The position numbers and the translations under genes were made by a program. Positions 38,522-55,068 of a DNA stretch of 64,000 bases are shown piece after piece (within the stretch, counting starts at the first letter, position 1; every line of letters begins with the position of its first letter). The DNA is from Amoebidium appalachense (lineage: Eukaryota; Protista; Ichthyosporea): positions 6,803,029 to 6,867,028 of the forward strand of contig CAVNZM010000016.1 in the NCBI GenBank assembly GCA_963693365.1, given 5' to 3'. Under the pieces are notes generated by a model that had not been told where the DNA came from, ran no database searches, and saw only the letters and a program-made list of their open reading frames with translations.

Positions 38522-40306
38522 ATGTTGCTATATTCGGCCACGCTTGCAGCGTGTGCCTGTGCATTCGCAGCAGCTCAGAATCCCTCAGAATGCCCTGCTT
38601 TCTGTACTTTCGAATATTCCCCTGCGTGTGGCAGTGATGGCCGCCGCTATTCCAATTTATGTGAGGTGAACATGGCCGGGTGCCGGTGTGGCGGCTGTGT
38701 CACACGCCTGGACATATGTTCCTTTACAACCTGCACGGTGGCAGGGGCCGGGCACGTGTGCGCAGATAACCCAGACACGTGCGACGTCACAACATGCGCC
38801 GAATGGCAGAGGTCACGCTTGCCTCAGCAGCGCACGTTTGACGCAGCCCCTGTGTGTCCCACTTACTGCACGCGTGAATACAGGCCTGTGTGTGGCAGTG
38901 ATGGGGTGACCTACGGCAACCTCTGCACGCTGCAGATCACTTCCTGCAACAACGGCCTCAAACTCCAAAAGGTTTCGGACGGGCCTTGCCCACGCAAGGG
39001 CAACCTCGTATCCGTCCCCTCCGCAGACTTCCGTGCAGCGAGCATACCCCCACCCATATCAGACCCACTCCTTGCTCGCCCAAAAGCAGCAGCAAGCAGC
39101 TCAAGACCTGCAAGCGTGCCCCCACCCATATCCGACCCGCCTTTCGCTCGCCCTGCGGCATCATCTAGCAAGCCCCAGGTGATCATCGACTCGCTCGAGA
39201 ACGAACTCGGGCCTGCAGGAGCAGCGTCCGTTTTGTCTGCTGCCAGCGCTAAACCAACAGCCACCCCGACGGCCGGTGGGCAGAACTTTGGCATGCTCAG
39301 TGTTCAAAAAAACACCCCGCCAATAATAACCGACTCCCTCGAGAACGAGCTTGGCCCAGAGGCCGCATCATCTATTCGTTCGGCCGCTTCGAAAGCCGCC
39401 GCCACACCCACAAGTTTTGGCATGCTCAATGTTCAAAAAACCACCCCGCCTATAATAACAGACTCCCTCGAGAACGAGCTTGGCCCAGAGGCCGCATCAT
39501 CTATTCGTTCGGCCGCTTCGAAAGCCGCCGCCACACCCACAAGTTTTGGCATGCTCAATGTTCAAAAAACCACCCCGCCTATAATAACAGACTCCCTCGA
39601 GAACGAGCTTGGCCCAGAGGCCGCATCATCTATTCGTTCGGCCGCTTCGAAAGCCACCGCCACACCCACAACCAGCAACGCGTTTGGAATGCAGAACATT
39701 CAGAAACCCACCGTGATAACAGATGGTGTTAACCTACTTTTGGGTTCCTCTACATCTACATCTACTTCTGTTCAGTCAGCAATCTCGACGACTACTAAAA
39801 CCCCCGCACCTACCCAGGACGGTGGGTTCTCCATGCAGAACATCGGCACGTCTGTAACGTGCCCCGACTTCTGTTTCATGATCCTAGCCCCCGTGTGTGG
39901 GTCTGACGGCGTGACATATGCAAACGAGTGTGAGATGCGCCGTAAGAGTTGCGCCACGAGCACAACGATCACAAAGACAGCAGATGGGCTTTGCAACGCA
40001 CCAACAACGGCGCCAAACCAGAAACCTCCACTCTCAATTTTTCTGGAGCCGTCTAGAATGCAGACACCGCGCTATGTTTTGTGCTACAAAGAATACGACT
40101 GCGCACTTCAACTTGGTGAGAGTGACCATGGGTGGGCCTGTGTGGAGCCCAAGCCATGTCCCCCGCAGTTTTGTGCCGTGAATGCACTCTGGAAACCTAC
40201 GGCGTGTGTGCGGAGAAGGTGCACCCCTTCACTACGTTTGCAGAAAGTTGGCTACTGTCGGCCTGCAAATATGGTCAATTCGGCAGCAGCGGCCCCAACG
40301 GCATAA
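38522..40306 (+). CDS. Secreted Kazal-type serine protease inhibitor domain protein with Ser/Thr/Pro/Ala-rich repeats; intronless
   Basis: Signal peptide MLLYSATLAACACAFAAA. Three Kazal motifs: CTFEYSPACGSDGRRYSNLC, CTREYRPVCGSDGVTYGNLC, CFMILAPVCGSDGVTYANEC. Confidence 0.9.
   Translation: MLLYSATLAACACAFAAAQNPSECPAFCTFEYSPACGSDGRRYSNLCEVNMAGCRCGGCVTRLDICSFTTCTVAGAGHVCADNPDTCDVTTCAEWQRSRLPQQRTFDAAPVCPTYCTREYRPVCGSDGVTYGNLCTLQITSCNNGLKLQKVSDGPCPRKGNLVSVPSADFRAASIPPPISDPLLARPKAAASSSRPASVPPPISDPPFARPAASSSKPQVIIDSLENELGPAGAASVLSAASAKPTATPTAGGQNFGMLSVQKNTPPIITDSLENELGPEAASSIRSAASKAAATPTSFGMLNVQKTTPPIITDSLENELGPEAASSIRSAASKAAATPTSFGMLNVQKTTPPIITDSLENELGPEAASSIRSAASKATATPTTSNAFGMQNIQKPTVITDGVNLLLGSSTSTSTSVQSAISTTTKTPAPTQDGGFSMQNIGTSVTCPDFCFMILAPVCGSDGVTYANECEMRRKSCATSTTITKTADGLCNAPTTAPNQKPPLSIFLEPSRMQTPRYVLCYKEYDCALQLGESDHGWACVEPKPCPPQFCAVNALWKPTACVRRRCTPSLRLQKVGYCRPANMVNSAAAAPTA
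39170..39670 (+). repeat. Coding tandem repeat, 120 bp (40 aa) x3 plus a divergent copy
   Basis: FGMLNVQKTTPPIITDSLENELGPEAASSIRSAASKAAATPTS repeated. Confidence 0.9.
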
Positions 40307-41302
40307 AACATGAACGTCTGTTGGTCGGTGATTTTGTTGTATTCTAGTTGTGAATATAGGGGAATATAAATGAGGAAATGCCTCTACGTCACCGGATAGT
40401 TTTTGTGTGCATCAGTACACCGACATATAATGTATACTGGTCTATGCTTTATTACATAGGAAAAATAATTCTTGCGTATTCCTTTAGCGGCCAAAAACAC
40501 ATTGGCCCCCTCTGTGCTCCATCCCTCCTGCCAGGTGCAGGTCAACCTTGTAGGTTGGGCACGTGCGCACGTGCATAAGTACGTTTGGACCTATAATTGG
40601 GTTTACCACACTCATAAGGTGTGTGAAAGTGTAGTAAGAACAATAAAGTTGGCAATATATGCACATCTTCCATGTGCATGTGCACGAGGCGTGCCAAGTG
40701 CGCTGCTGAATTGAATGCCGGAGTGGAGTGCCTTTGGATGAAAGCGACCAATTAGATGACCTGATAGGTATCATCACTTAGCTCTTCACGAAATCATCTA
40801 AGCTAACTCACCTACATTATAGGAATTCCTCGACAAAATATTAACCTTTGTAAAAAAGCTCACCCAATGCGATGATAGGTATCATCACTTAGCTCTCCAC
40901 GAAATCCATGTGCCTCTCGAGGATCCTGCCCTTGAACCAGATGGCAGGTTGGCAAGAGTATAAATGGAGCACAGTCTAAAGGGCGCCTACACGTGGACAG
41001 ACCATAGTACTTGGAAATGATCATGTACACATCACATGACCACCACCAGGCCATGCACGCTTTTAACAACAGAGATCTTGTGTTTTAGGTGAACCAGATT
41101 GTGGTGTAACGGGGTGAGGGGGAGAGAGATAGAGAGGGAGGGATGGAGGGAGCGAGTGAAAAGATGGACGAATGGAGAGGGTGGTGACGGGGTGAGCTAA
41201 TGTTTAGGGAGAGAGAGAAAAAGGGATAGAAGAGCGGAAGAGAGAGCGAGAGAGAGAGAGGGAGAGAGAGAAAGGGCGAGAGGGGATGAAGTGGGCGGAT
41301 AG

Positions 41303-41352
<50 letters not shown>

Positions 41353-41396
41353 GTTGTGTGGAATTTGTGTGTGTGTCTGTGTGTGTGTGTGTGCCA

Positions 41397-41431
<35 letters not shown>

Positions 41432-42073
41432 AGAGTGCGTGTGTGTGCGTGTCTGTGCGTGTGTGTGTGTGTGTGCACCTGTGTGTGTGTGTGTGCAATG
41501 GGTTCTTGACCGGTCGGCAGTAAGGGTCGAAAGAAGCCTTCCAAACAACCCTTACCTCCACTCACTTTTCATGATCTTGAAGTGGTGTTTGCCCTTTGTA
41601 CAATCCTTAGCAACAGCATGCAACTTGGTTGCCCAGGGCCTAGGGTACCAAAACTTCTGATTCCATGGCTTAAGAGCCGGTTAGGGATTATTCATATAAC
41701 CATGCGCACGCAGGAGTCAAGCACATACGCGCCAACTCAATCGTATACCCTTACACGTGCTTTATTTATTTGCTGTTGCTGATGTTATGAAGGTTTTCAA
41801 ACCTAATGGATGTACTCCTTTGTTCGATGCCAGATCGATCACCCATCCATCCAAAGGGGAATCTAATGCACTTGGCTAGAATTTCCAGTACCAAAAAGGA
41901 AGGTGCAGGATCCAATGTGGCCGAAAAAAGCATTATTTGGGGCTCAATGTACAGCCACACCATTCCTTACGCCCAACCCACGGCCCGGCCCACCTGCATC
42001 TGAAAGTCAGTCAGAAGTGTAGGGAGGGGTGGTTGTGTGTAGACCGACAGACACGTACGTGTGCGCGTAGAAA

Positions 42074-42807
42074 ATGTCCGTGCTTCGCCCCGCCCTCGGT
42101 TGCCTCCCGGCCACTCTGCGCCTGTCTGCGCGTACTTTCTTCACACGCCAAGGTAGGCGCGGAGTAAGAGATGGCGGGATGTAGGGGAAAGATAGAGAGG
42201 GAGAGAGGAAAGGGGGTGGTGTATGTGCTGGAGTTTGTTTTGAAGGTTGGATGGGGCGGATGTTTGGAAAAACAGAGTCAAAAGTTCAGAGCCAGCACTA
42301 CGTAGTATGCTGCATGCATGCACACATGTGTTAATTAACACCCACTCGCTTGCTTTCTTAATTGCAAACTCAGAATCACGCATACACATACCCTCACACA
42401 CACACACTTACACACGCTTCGTCGTAATGTTACTAATGGGGCCCCTTGAGAAAGAACATCATTTTAATGCACGCGCGTTGCAGGCACATATCTACACACA
42501 CACACACGTGCGACCACTACCACACACATACACACATACACACACACAAGCCCGCACACACGTGCACTCGCACACACGCACGCGTAAGCGCGCATGGGCA
42601 TGCACACACAGGTATGCGGAATGTGACGCTGCATGAGCGCTCATATACAGAGGAGCACACACATCCCCACACACACGGAGAAATATCACACGTTTTCCCT
42701 CCACATTTCCCCTCTCCGGCCCACTATGAAATCAACGCCTTTCCAAATACACCTTGTTATAGGCACACACACACCAAAGTGCGTGCACCCGCGTCAACTC
42801 AACGTCA

Positions 42808-42838
<31 letters not shown>

Positions 42839-43335
42839 GCACACACATGCACACACAAACACAAACACACACACACCCACACCCACACATACACACCCAC
42901 AGGCATGCACGCAAACACACACACGTACTGTGTAAACCCATCGCCTGGCACACACACACGCGCAAGCTCACACGCACACGCACACACACACACACGTGGA
43001 TGCTGTGCGCACATTCGCCCGCGCGCGCACACACACACACAAACTCACGTGCACACGTGGGCACACATGCATGGACACGGACTGTGGCACACAGGATGTG
43101 CTTCTACACAGAGAAGCGTACACTCTCACCTAGTGAGCCAAGGACTGCGCACACACCTCTTTAAGCACACATACGGAAAGGTCAACCTATGCACTTGCAA
43201 ATTGATGAAAATATGCTTTAGGCATTTACACTTTTGCCACACTTCAAACGTGCACGGCCATTTCTCACGCACACAAGCAATCAGACACAGTGGTTTATGA
43301 GAACGAGCACACAACTACACATGTGTGCATGCGTG

Positions 43336-43382
<47 letters not shown>

Positions 43383-43483
43383 CCTTAGTACGCACGTTCT
43401 GCTCCCACGTTTGCATACAAATTTGCACGTGCAGATGACCACGGCTAATACAGGCACATGCACCCACACGGGGACAGAGGCTG

Positions 43484-43534
<51 letters not shown>

Positions 43535-45448
43535 GTTTGTTTACACCCACAGCCGATCTGATATGCAGCATAAACACGTACATGAATAGAGGCTAGGCTG
43601 AACACTGCTTTTTGATTCCCTCTCCAGCCCTCCGCCCCCAACCCCTTTTCCCCCCTCCATGCTGTGGCACAGATGGGCATATGCCCTCACACACTCGCGC
43701 GCACGTGGGTGTATATCCCCCCCCCCCCCTCCCCCCTCCCCCCTTCCCCGGCAATTACCACTCCATCATTCCACTACTATGCGGGTACAATGTCCACCCA
43801 CCTGTATTCTTTGTAGCATCCCCCCTCCCCCCCCCTCCCCCCCCCCTTTACACCTTCTACTCCACCCTCTACCCCCATGCATACCGTTGCCGTATGCTAA
43901 CCTCCACACATAGCTATATTGTATTCTCACCAACATGCACCCCTATATCGTAATTTAACCTCCACACATAGCTATATTGTATTCTCACCAACATGCACGC
44001 CTATATCGTAATTAACCTCCACACATATCTATGAACGCCCATGCACACCAATGTCGTATTCTAACCCCCGCGTTTTCAGGGGTTGTTGCCAGCCAGCAGC
44101 TGCCAGCGCGCCTGCAGAAGCACCAATGGCCCGTCTTCCTGCAGCCCCCAAAGGAGGAGCCTGTGTAAGTGCATACTCCCCCCCAAAAAAACCCTCTGGC
44201 TTTCCGCTCGGCTGCCTCTGGCTGATTTGTTATCTCTTCTTTTGTTTCTGTCTTTTTCTTTTTTCTTTTTTTTCTTCTTTCCCCCCCCCCCCCCCCCCCG
44301 TCACTTACTCGGGTTCTTTTCTCTATTGGTCTATTCAAGAGGAGGGGCAGGAAAGGTGGGGAATGGGGGGGGGGGGGGGGGGGGGGGGGGGGTGGAGATG
44401 AATGGTTACCAATGGGGTACCCCTGCCTTTGGGTTTGTCCGATCAGAATGTGCCGTATGTTTACCCCGGTGCCCGTGAGAGCGAGATGGGGGGGGGGGGG
44501 GGGGGGGGGGGCACACATTCATATACCTTTGCACGTGCATGCGCCAGCAGCACACACACATACAAACCCACTTGAAACACTCATGGGCACACACAGACAC
44601 ATGCACATCTGTGCACACACGGACCCCTTTACACACACACACACACACACAATACCGATAGTAGTGGGTTTGTGTGTGCCTGTGTGATTGTTGTCACATA
44701 GCGAGGACGTTTAGTGAGCACATACCCCCCCCCCCCCCTCCCCCTCCCCTCCCGCCCCTCCCCCCACCCCCCCACCCCCCCACCCACCCACACACACACA
44801 CACACACACAAACACCCCTCTCCCTTCTGAAGGCACCGTCAGCTATGTCACTTGGTATGATGCCAAATCCTCTACTCGTTTTCATCTCACGTCGACATAT
44901 TCATGTAAGAAAGAAAGTGCAGGGGGAGGGGGAGGGGGGGGGGGATTATGCAAGATATGAGGGGGGCTAGAGGACAAGGAAGCTTGGGGCTAGGCCAAGA
45001 GACAGTGGTGGTTGGGGTGATTATAGCCAATGAATGCGTAGAAAGTTAATGAATAATAAGAATAATGATTGGGCTCGATTGTGAGCGTGACATGAGGGAT
45101 TCATACATAGTAAAACCTCTTAGTGTGTGTGCATTCCGATCTAAGGTGCGGAATTGTAATCTTAAATTGTATATCTCAAATGTCCTATTCCATGTGCTGG
45201 TATAAGAGCTCTTTTTTCATTAGATCATCCGATACCCCTAGTAAACCTAGCTAAACCGGATATTTACCATTTTTAGGTACTTTATTAATCATAACACTCT
45301 AGTCTAATTGGTGCATATGTGGCTGTACAGAGATGACTTCGACAAGGGGTCTATTATCTCGGAGGAGGAATGGAAGGAGAGGCAAGAGGTATGTTATTCC
45401 TCCCCCCCCCCCCCCCCCCCCCCCCCCCGGGCACCCTCTACACACACA

Positions 45449-45487
<39 letters not shown>

Positions 45488-45856
45488 ACACGTACACCAT
45501 CACAACACGCCAAAAGAAAAAAAGTAGGTGGATGTAGAGAAAGACAATATGATGGTTATTAATAACGTGCCCAAGAGATGCCCGTGCGTACGCGAAACAC
45601 GCTCACACTTCCGCACGTGTACACACGCGCGCGCACACACACACACACACGAACGCACGGACGCGCGCGCGCACGCGCACACACACACACACACACACAC
45701 ACAGCGGGCGCGCGCGCGTTTACACGACTATACGTTTACACATTTGTGAGCCATATAAACACATTCCGTTGTCTTCCCTCCTTCCCCGCCCCCCTCCCTC
45801 CCCCCGTCTTCCTTCCTTTCCTTTCTCAGCCATATCAATCCCCGTCATATGCAGTC

Positions 45857-45902
<46 letters not shown>

Positions 45903-45955
45903 ACACATACACACACACAATTTTTCCTCGTGAATTGCACTTTCATTCTCCTGGT

Positions 45956-45989
<34 letters not shown>

Positions 45990-46874
45990 GCGGCCGCTGG
46001 GGCTCGTGTGCTGACTTTTTCATTTTGCAGTGTATCGACAAGATCATTCAGTTGTCAGATGAGGGCAAGGCCATCGACTCAAAGGTACAAACACACACAC
46101 GTGCACGCAGATGTACACACGAAACACTTGGATACGGGCTCACGTGCACGAAGACAGGTATAGATGTGTACACAGGCAAACACATGCAGAGATGTGCATA
46201 CACACGTGCACAAAGATGCACACAGGCCAGTACATGTGAAATGCCCAGGAAAGGCCATATGCATGTGCACACACACATGCACCCGCCTGCATACAAGAGC
46301 ACCACCAAATGCCTGCACTTGCATGCGCAACATATTCGTGCACACAAATACACACGTGTATTAGTGTGCTACATGATTGTACACACACACCCCTGCATGC
46401 ATGCACACGCAGATACACACATGTGCACACACGGTCACACACACACACACACACACACATGTAGGCACGCAACAGACCTACCCGCACACTTGCACGTAAA
46501 ACACGCCCGCACACACACACATGCACTCATTCCGTCACCCCCACACCTTCCATTGGCGCATTCTCCTGCACACGCACGTGCACCCACGCACAGGCATGCA
46601 CGTGTACACGTGTACATGCACCGTAGTCATGCTATAAATATGCCACACCAAGGGCCGTATCTATGCTTGAGATGTACTCGCGCAAACATGCTTCCCTATG
46701 ACAATCTGGCTTTTCACATATAGTTATGTTCCCCGCTATCCCCTTCCCCCCCCCTCCCCCCCCCCCCCCCCTCCCCCCGGCCACCTATTCACCCAGCGAT
46801 CGATCTATGGACACGTGCATTGCACAGACTTGCATACACCACACATACGGCAAACACACACACACACACACACG

Positions 46875-46906
<32 letters not shown>

Positions 46907-48132
46907 CACACACTCTCTCTCTCAGACATACGAGGGCATTCTCAAGGTGCTGCTCAAGTTTGAAGACTCAAACGGCCTTCGCACCGTCCTGGCCCAGCTG
47001 ACCGTACAACCCCCCCCCCCCCCCCCCCCCTTCTTTCCCTCCCTCCCCTCCTCTCTACCACCACCGCGGCACGGAGATGCAGACTCTTTGTGAGTGTTCT
47101 TTTTACATGCTTCTATGTCTTTCTCGGTAGAATCTGTGCTTCACACTGTGATCAACACATTCTAGTTCCCCCCCCCCCCGCACATACGCGTTTGTCGCTG
47201 CACTGCATTAGTTTGCACATACATCTTCACCGTTTTGCTCACCTTGCTTGCATAAGCAACCCTGCTCGTCTTTGATCAAGACGGGTTGACCCACCCAAGT
47301 TCAGTTGATGCTGCTGTCTGAGTTGGAGCGTCGTATATACGCGGGCTAAGGGGTCGAAACTCAGACGCAATTGATGACTTGGGCCCTCCCTGAGGATGGG
47401 CTCTGCTTATGACGCATACTGTGCGCATGGCTGATGCTGCATACTTGAATGTTTGCCTTTGCATGTGTCCTGCACCATGCTTCTCATCGTGTATGCGTAC
47501 TTCGTACTGTGTTCCGCATTCAAACCCCCCCCCCCCCCCCCCTCCCCCCTCCCTACACCCCCCTCCTCTCCCAGAGCCGCTGCAAGCTATTTTCATGAGG
47601 TCTTGGAGGCACGCTTGCTTGAGTTTTATGGTTTGTGTTTTTTGTTCTGGTTTTGAGGTTCTACTTTGCTTTCCAGACTTAATACGGCCCCCCCTCCTCC
47701 CCTCGGTGGCTGATGCATACCTTGTGTGACAACCAATCATAGGAGCCTGAATGACGAGAACATCGATAGCACTGAAATTTCATGTTTTTATAAACCAAAT
47801 TTTTCATATTTTCGGATTCACACGGTCCCTAGAGGGCGATGGATGTGGAGCACTACCCCTTGTGTGTGTACCGCTTGTGTTATCCAGCGTGGTCATATGC
47901 GTGACGAGGGGCAACACATGCACCCCTGCAAATGTTGATTTTTGGTAACAGAAGTGTTGAAATTTCATGTCGCACGTGTTGAATTTTCGTCTCGAAATCA
48001 CTAAAATTTCACGTTGCTAATAATAAAATATTGCCTTTTCAGGAGGTGGGGATGAAGGATTCTCTGGACACGGACCTTGTTAGGAGAGCGTCGACCTTTG
48101 TGGACGAGGCCTACATCAAGGCCTTCCATTGA
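42074..48132 (+). CDS. Small, probably mitochondrial protein with one PPR-like motif (6 exons, about 150 aa)
   Basis: Phase-consistent GT-AG exons at about 42074-42152, 44080-44163, 45331-45388, 46031-46084, 46926-47003 and 48043-48132: [64 protein letters not shown]. Arg-rich, acid-free N-terminus. Confidence 0.7.
43897..44027. repeat. Intronic tandem repeat, about 58 bp x 2.2
   Basis: TAACCTCCACACATAGCTATATTGTATTCTCACCAACATGCAC.CCTATATCGTAATT repeated. Confidence 0.85.
47180..47524 (+). mobile_element. Structured element family, subfamily B, 5'-truncated copy containing the complete folded domain
   Basis: Collinear with 430-675, with compensatory substitutions. Poly(C) on both sides; ends CATTCAAA. 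Confidence 0.85.
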
Positions 48133-48350
48133 ACCCCCCCCCCCTCCCCCCCCCCCCCCCCCCCCCCATGTGGCTGTAGTGCATAAGGTCGCTGATCTAT
48201 TGGTGCCCCCCTTGGTGAAATTTGTGATAGGTTTTGCCCGTGGTGGCTGAGAGCAAGTAAAAGGCAAGAGCACACGGTGTGCAGTGACTGGGTGCTGGTG
48301 TCTCCAATCGATATTACTGGCCCAGTGGGCCAGGTGCTTTTGTGTAGTGT

Positions 48351-48403
<53 letters not shown>

Positions 48404-48464
48404 CGCGTGTGTGTGTGTGTGTGGTGTCACGGGTGTGAGGTGGAAGTGTGGTTGTGGTGGTGGT

Positions 48465-48502
<38 letters not shown>

Positions 48503-48667
48503 CAGAGTTCTGTTTCAGCCTTGCAATTGTACATGTGTGTACACACGTACATTCCTGAACGTGTAGCATGATCGTGTGCTGTGTGTTTGCACTTGTGTAC
48601 AAGTGGGCAAGTTTACTTGCCTAGCTTGGTTCGTCGTGTAGGCCCTGTGGCTCACGTCTTCGACTAT

Positions 48668-48738
48668 TTGACGTCCCGAGATGCACCCGCGGCCGCGGGA
48701 TGCACCGCTTGGTCGCACACCTAAAATAATGACGTCAC
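48668..48738. promoter_or_regulatory. CRE-like TGACGTC motifs in CpG-rich sequence upstream of uL30m
   Basis: TGACGTCC at about 48669 and TGACGTCA at about 48730, 360-430 bp before the ATG. Motif match only. Confidence 0.3.
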
Positions 48739-49095
48739 CGCTCCCAAGTAAGACTGAAGGCTACTGCTCTGCGATCATGCCGCATGACCCGCGATCACCG
48801 CCACTCCCTCACACGCCGGTGCCGTCCGGATCCACAAAAGAGTGTGCTTCGTTTTTGTTTTTTTTATGTATATAGGCGTTTTTAACGGTGGCTGCATTTG
48901 ACACAACCGCCGCCTCTGTATGCGTTTTACAAGCTTATTTTAGCTTTCCAGGGCTGTGTCGATGCGCCTGCACTCCTTGGAGTTGGGTCGCCTTTCATAG
49001 TCACCAGACACACAGTGTGTAGCTGCAGAGGTGTATCAATTTATTCCAAAACAGTTGCGTGTGAGCTAGCCCCTCTAAGGGTGTTTAAAGGAGAG

Positions 49096-52289
<3,194 letters not shown>

Positions 52290-52407
52290 TTATAGCTGCA
52301 CCGTGCTAATTATAGGTGTGCTTGGTGGCTGTCAGTGGCATATTAAAAAAATTTCTTTTTCTCTTTCTTTCCTTTTTTCCTTTTTTTTTCTTTTTTTTTT
52401 TCTCTAT

Positions 52408-52438
<31 letters not shown>

Positions 52439-53974
52439 GATCACATTTTGACCTTCTGTTTACGATACGGGAAAGGAAAACTGTATGTTGCGCATGTTCT
52501 ATGATGGGGATCTATGTATAGCCCTATACGACTGTGTCCATGCTATTTTTGGCAGTGGGCCAAACAGGGCAGCCGGCCTGCCTTGCTGTGTGGAGGCCCA
52601 GGGGGTTTCATCACTCAACAGTGTGATGGTTTCTATTCGATTCAGGCTGATCAGGTGTTACTCTAAAGAGACTTTTGCATCATTCTCCCCCCCCCCCCCC
52701 CCCCCCCCCCAACACACACACACACACACGCGGTGACCCAGTGGTATTCTTGTGCTATCCCTGAATTTACTGGGGTTACCCCACACACACACACACACGT
52801 GCGTGTGCACACACCGTACACACATGCACAGCATAACATATGTATACGACCACTTGGAAGCCACGTGTCTGTGACCACTCATACACCTCCACATGCCCAC
52901 CCATCGAAATTAAAAGCAAGAAAACAAAAACAAGACAAACTCAACCTATTTATTTGGGTGAGGGCCAGTGCATGGGTGTGCGCCCGTGCACCTGCCGACC
53001 GACCGCCATAGACGTGTAATATAGAATCCAACTGCGGCATCATTATATATGATAACTCAGGGCGTCGTGTGACAGCTAACAGGAGACTCAAGTGTCCCAA
53101 ACCAATGATTTACATTTACCGTTGCAACGGTTCATGTCATGTGTCATGCATAGATGTTAATTAAGTCGCCTCTTTGTTAGCGCCCCCCCCCCCCCCCCCG
53201 GCCAACACGTCCTCGATCCCCCCCCCCCCCCCCCCCCCCCCTCCCTCCTGCCCCCCTCCCCCTCCTCCCCTCCTCCCCCTTCCCCTCAGGCTCCCTCTGG
53301 GGCCCCTCGTTCACCTCCAACCCCCCTCACCTGACTCAGAGCTCGAGTACAGCCCAGAGGAGGTATAAGATATTGTGGGGGCAAAATAGCAAATGTGACC
53401 ACGTTCAAACCCGGTTGTTACGTGTACTTTGGGGTCGCTATATCGTGAACCATTTTAAAATTCTGGATTTATGGAGGAGAGGGACGGTGACTTCGATCCC
53501 TAAGGCTTGCAACTGGAGGAAAAGGGCAAAGGGAGGAGGAGGGGAGGGGGGGGGGGGGAAGGGGGGGCTCTATAACGAGAGGAGAACAAAGTTCATCGGG
53601 TCGGTATCCTTTAAGGGATTTCTGAATATGAAATGGGGAGGGGGGAGTAGTTGATATTGACGTGCGCACTGGTGGTACCTCCCTCCCCCCCGGAGTCTGG
53701 GGGTTGGGTGGGTCCCCCTCCCCCCCCCCCCCCCCCTCCCCCCTCCCCCCTCCCCCCGCCACCCCCCCCCCCCTCCCCCCCCCCCTTCCCTCCAACTGCG
53801 CATCCATGCATGCGCGTGTCATGGCCAGAGACTCTTTCCCACCCACCAAAGTTGTTCATGTATTGTTAATTTTATTTTATTTATTTTTTTGAGAGGAATT
53901 GCTTCCGTTTTGGCCACTGATGCATATCATATGATTCCCCCCCCCCTTCCCCCCCCCCCCATCGGGCCCCGCTT

Positions 53975-54054
<80 letters not shown>

Positions 54055-55031
54055 CCCGACCCTTCGTGCTGGTGCTCTTCTTCTGCCGGATGCATGAAGT
54101 TGTGTACTCTTTGCAAGGTCTGCTTTGTGTTGTCCGCGGCAAATGTGCACTATCTGCTCCATAACATATTCTAACGACCCCCTCCCCCCCCCCCCCCCCC
54201 CCCTGCCCCTCCTGTCTCACTCACCCCCTCCTCCCCCTCTCCCTCACCTTAGGTATTATTTTTTAACGACCCAGTCCCCCCCCCCCTCCCCCCCCCCCCA
54301 CCCTCCCACACCCTGCCTATTTACACAAGTAGAATGCACGTGCACACGCGGACGCACATCCACACACCCACAACACACACACACACACACAGACACACAC
54401 ATGCGACTGTCAAAGATTTCTAACTTATGAATTAGTGGGGGCAAGGTTATCGTGCTAACCATGCAGTGTTCGTGTGTGAATTTGTGTCAGTGGCGGGGAA
54501 TGTTTGTGTGTGTATGTAGTTCATAATGGTGCAGGTACTTGTGCATTAAATACGCGTGAAAGTCACGTGCGTGTGTGCGCACGTGGTGGGGCGACTCGAC
54601 ACGAGTGCGAGAGGGGGAGGGGGGGGAGGGGGAGGGGGAAAGTATGACCTTACCGGATAGCCTGAGTTTCAGGTGATCAAGAGTGACTTCTATGAACTAG
54701 CCTCAATGTTTGCGTTTTTGAACTGTATGTAAACCACTGCTAAACCATACTCGGATCAGATTATCATTATCTGATATAGTCGTATGATGGCAGCCTATGG
54801 GGTGGGTGGGTCCCTCCCCGGGTGGGTGGTCCCCCCCCCCCCCCCCCCCCCCCCCCTTCCGTGGGGAGGGGGGACCCACCTGTCCAAGGGGGTGGGTGGG
54901 TCCCCCCCCCCCCCCCCCCCCCCCCAACCTAGCTACTACCCCCCTTGCCGTTTACCAAGAATCCCTAACAGCAGCTGTGGCATCAATAATATTATGTCAT
55001 GCATAAATTACTGGACTGCAATCCAAAGAGT

Positions 55032-55068
<37 letters not shown>

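Noticed and set aside
40860-42003. Possible small minus-strand gene divergent from the PPR-like gene
   Set aside because: Some splice-like signals are present, but no consistent reading frame or recognisable protein could be assembled.
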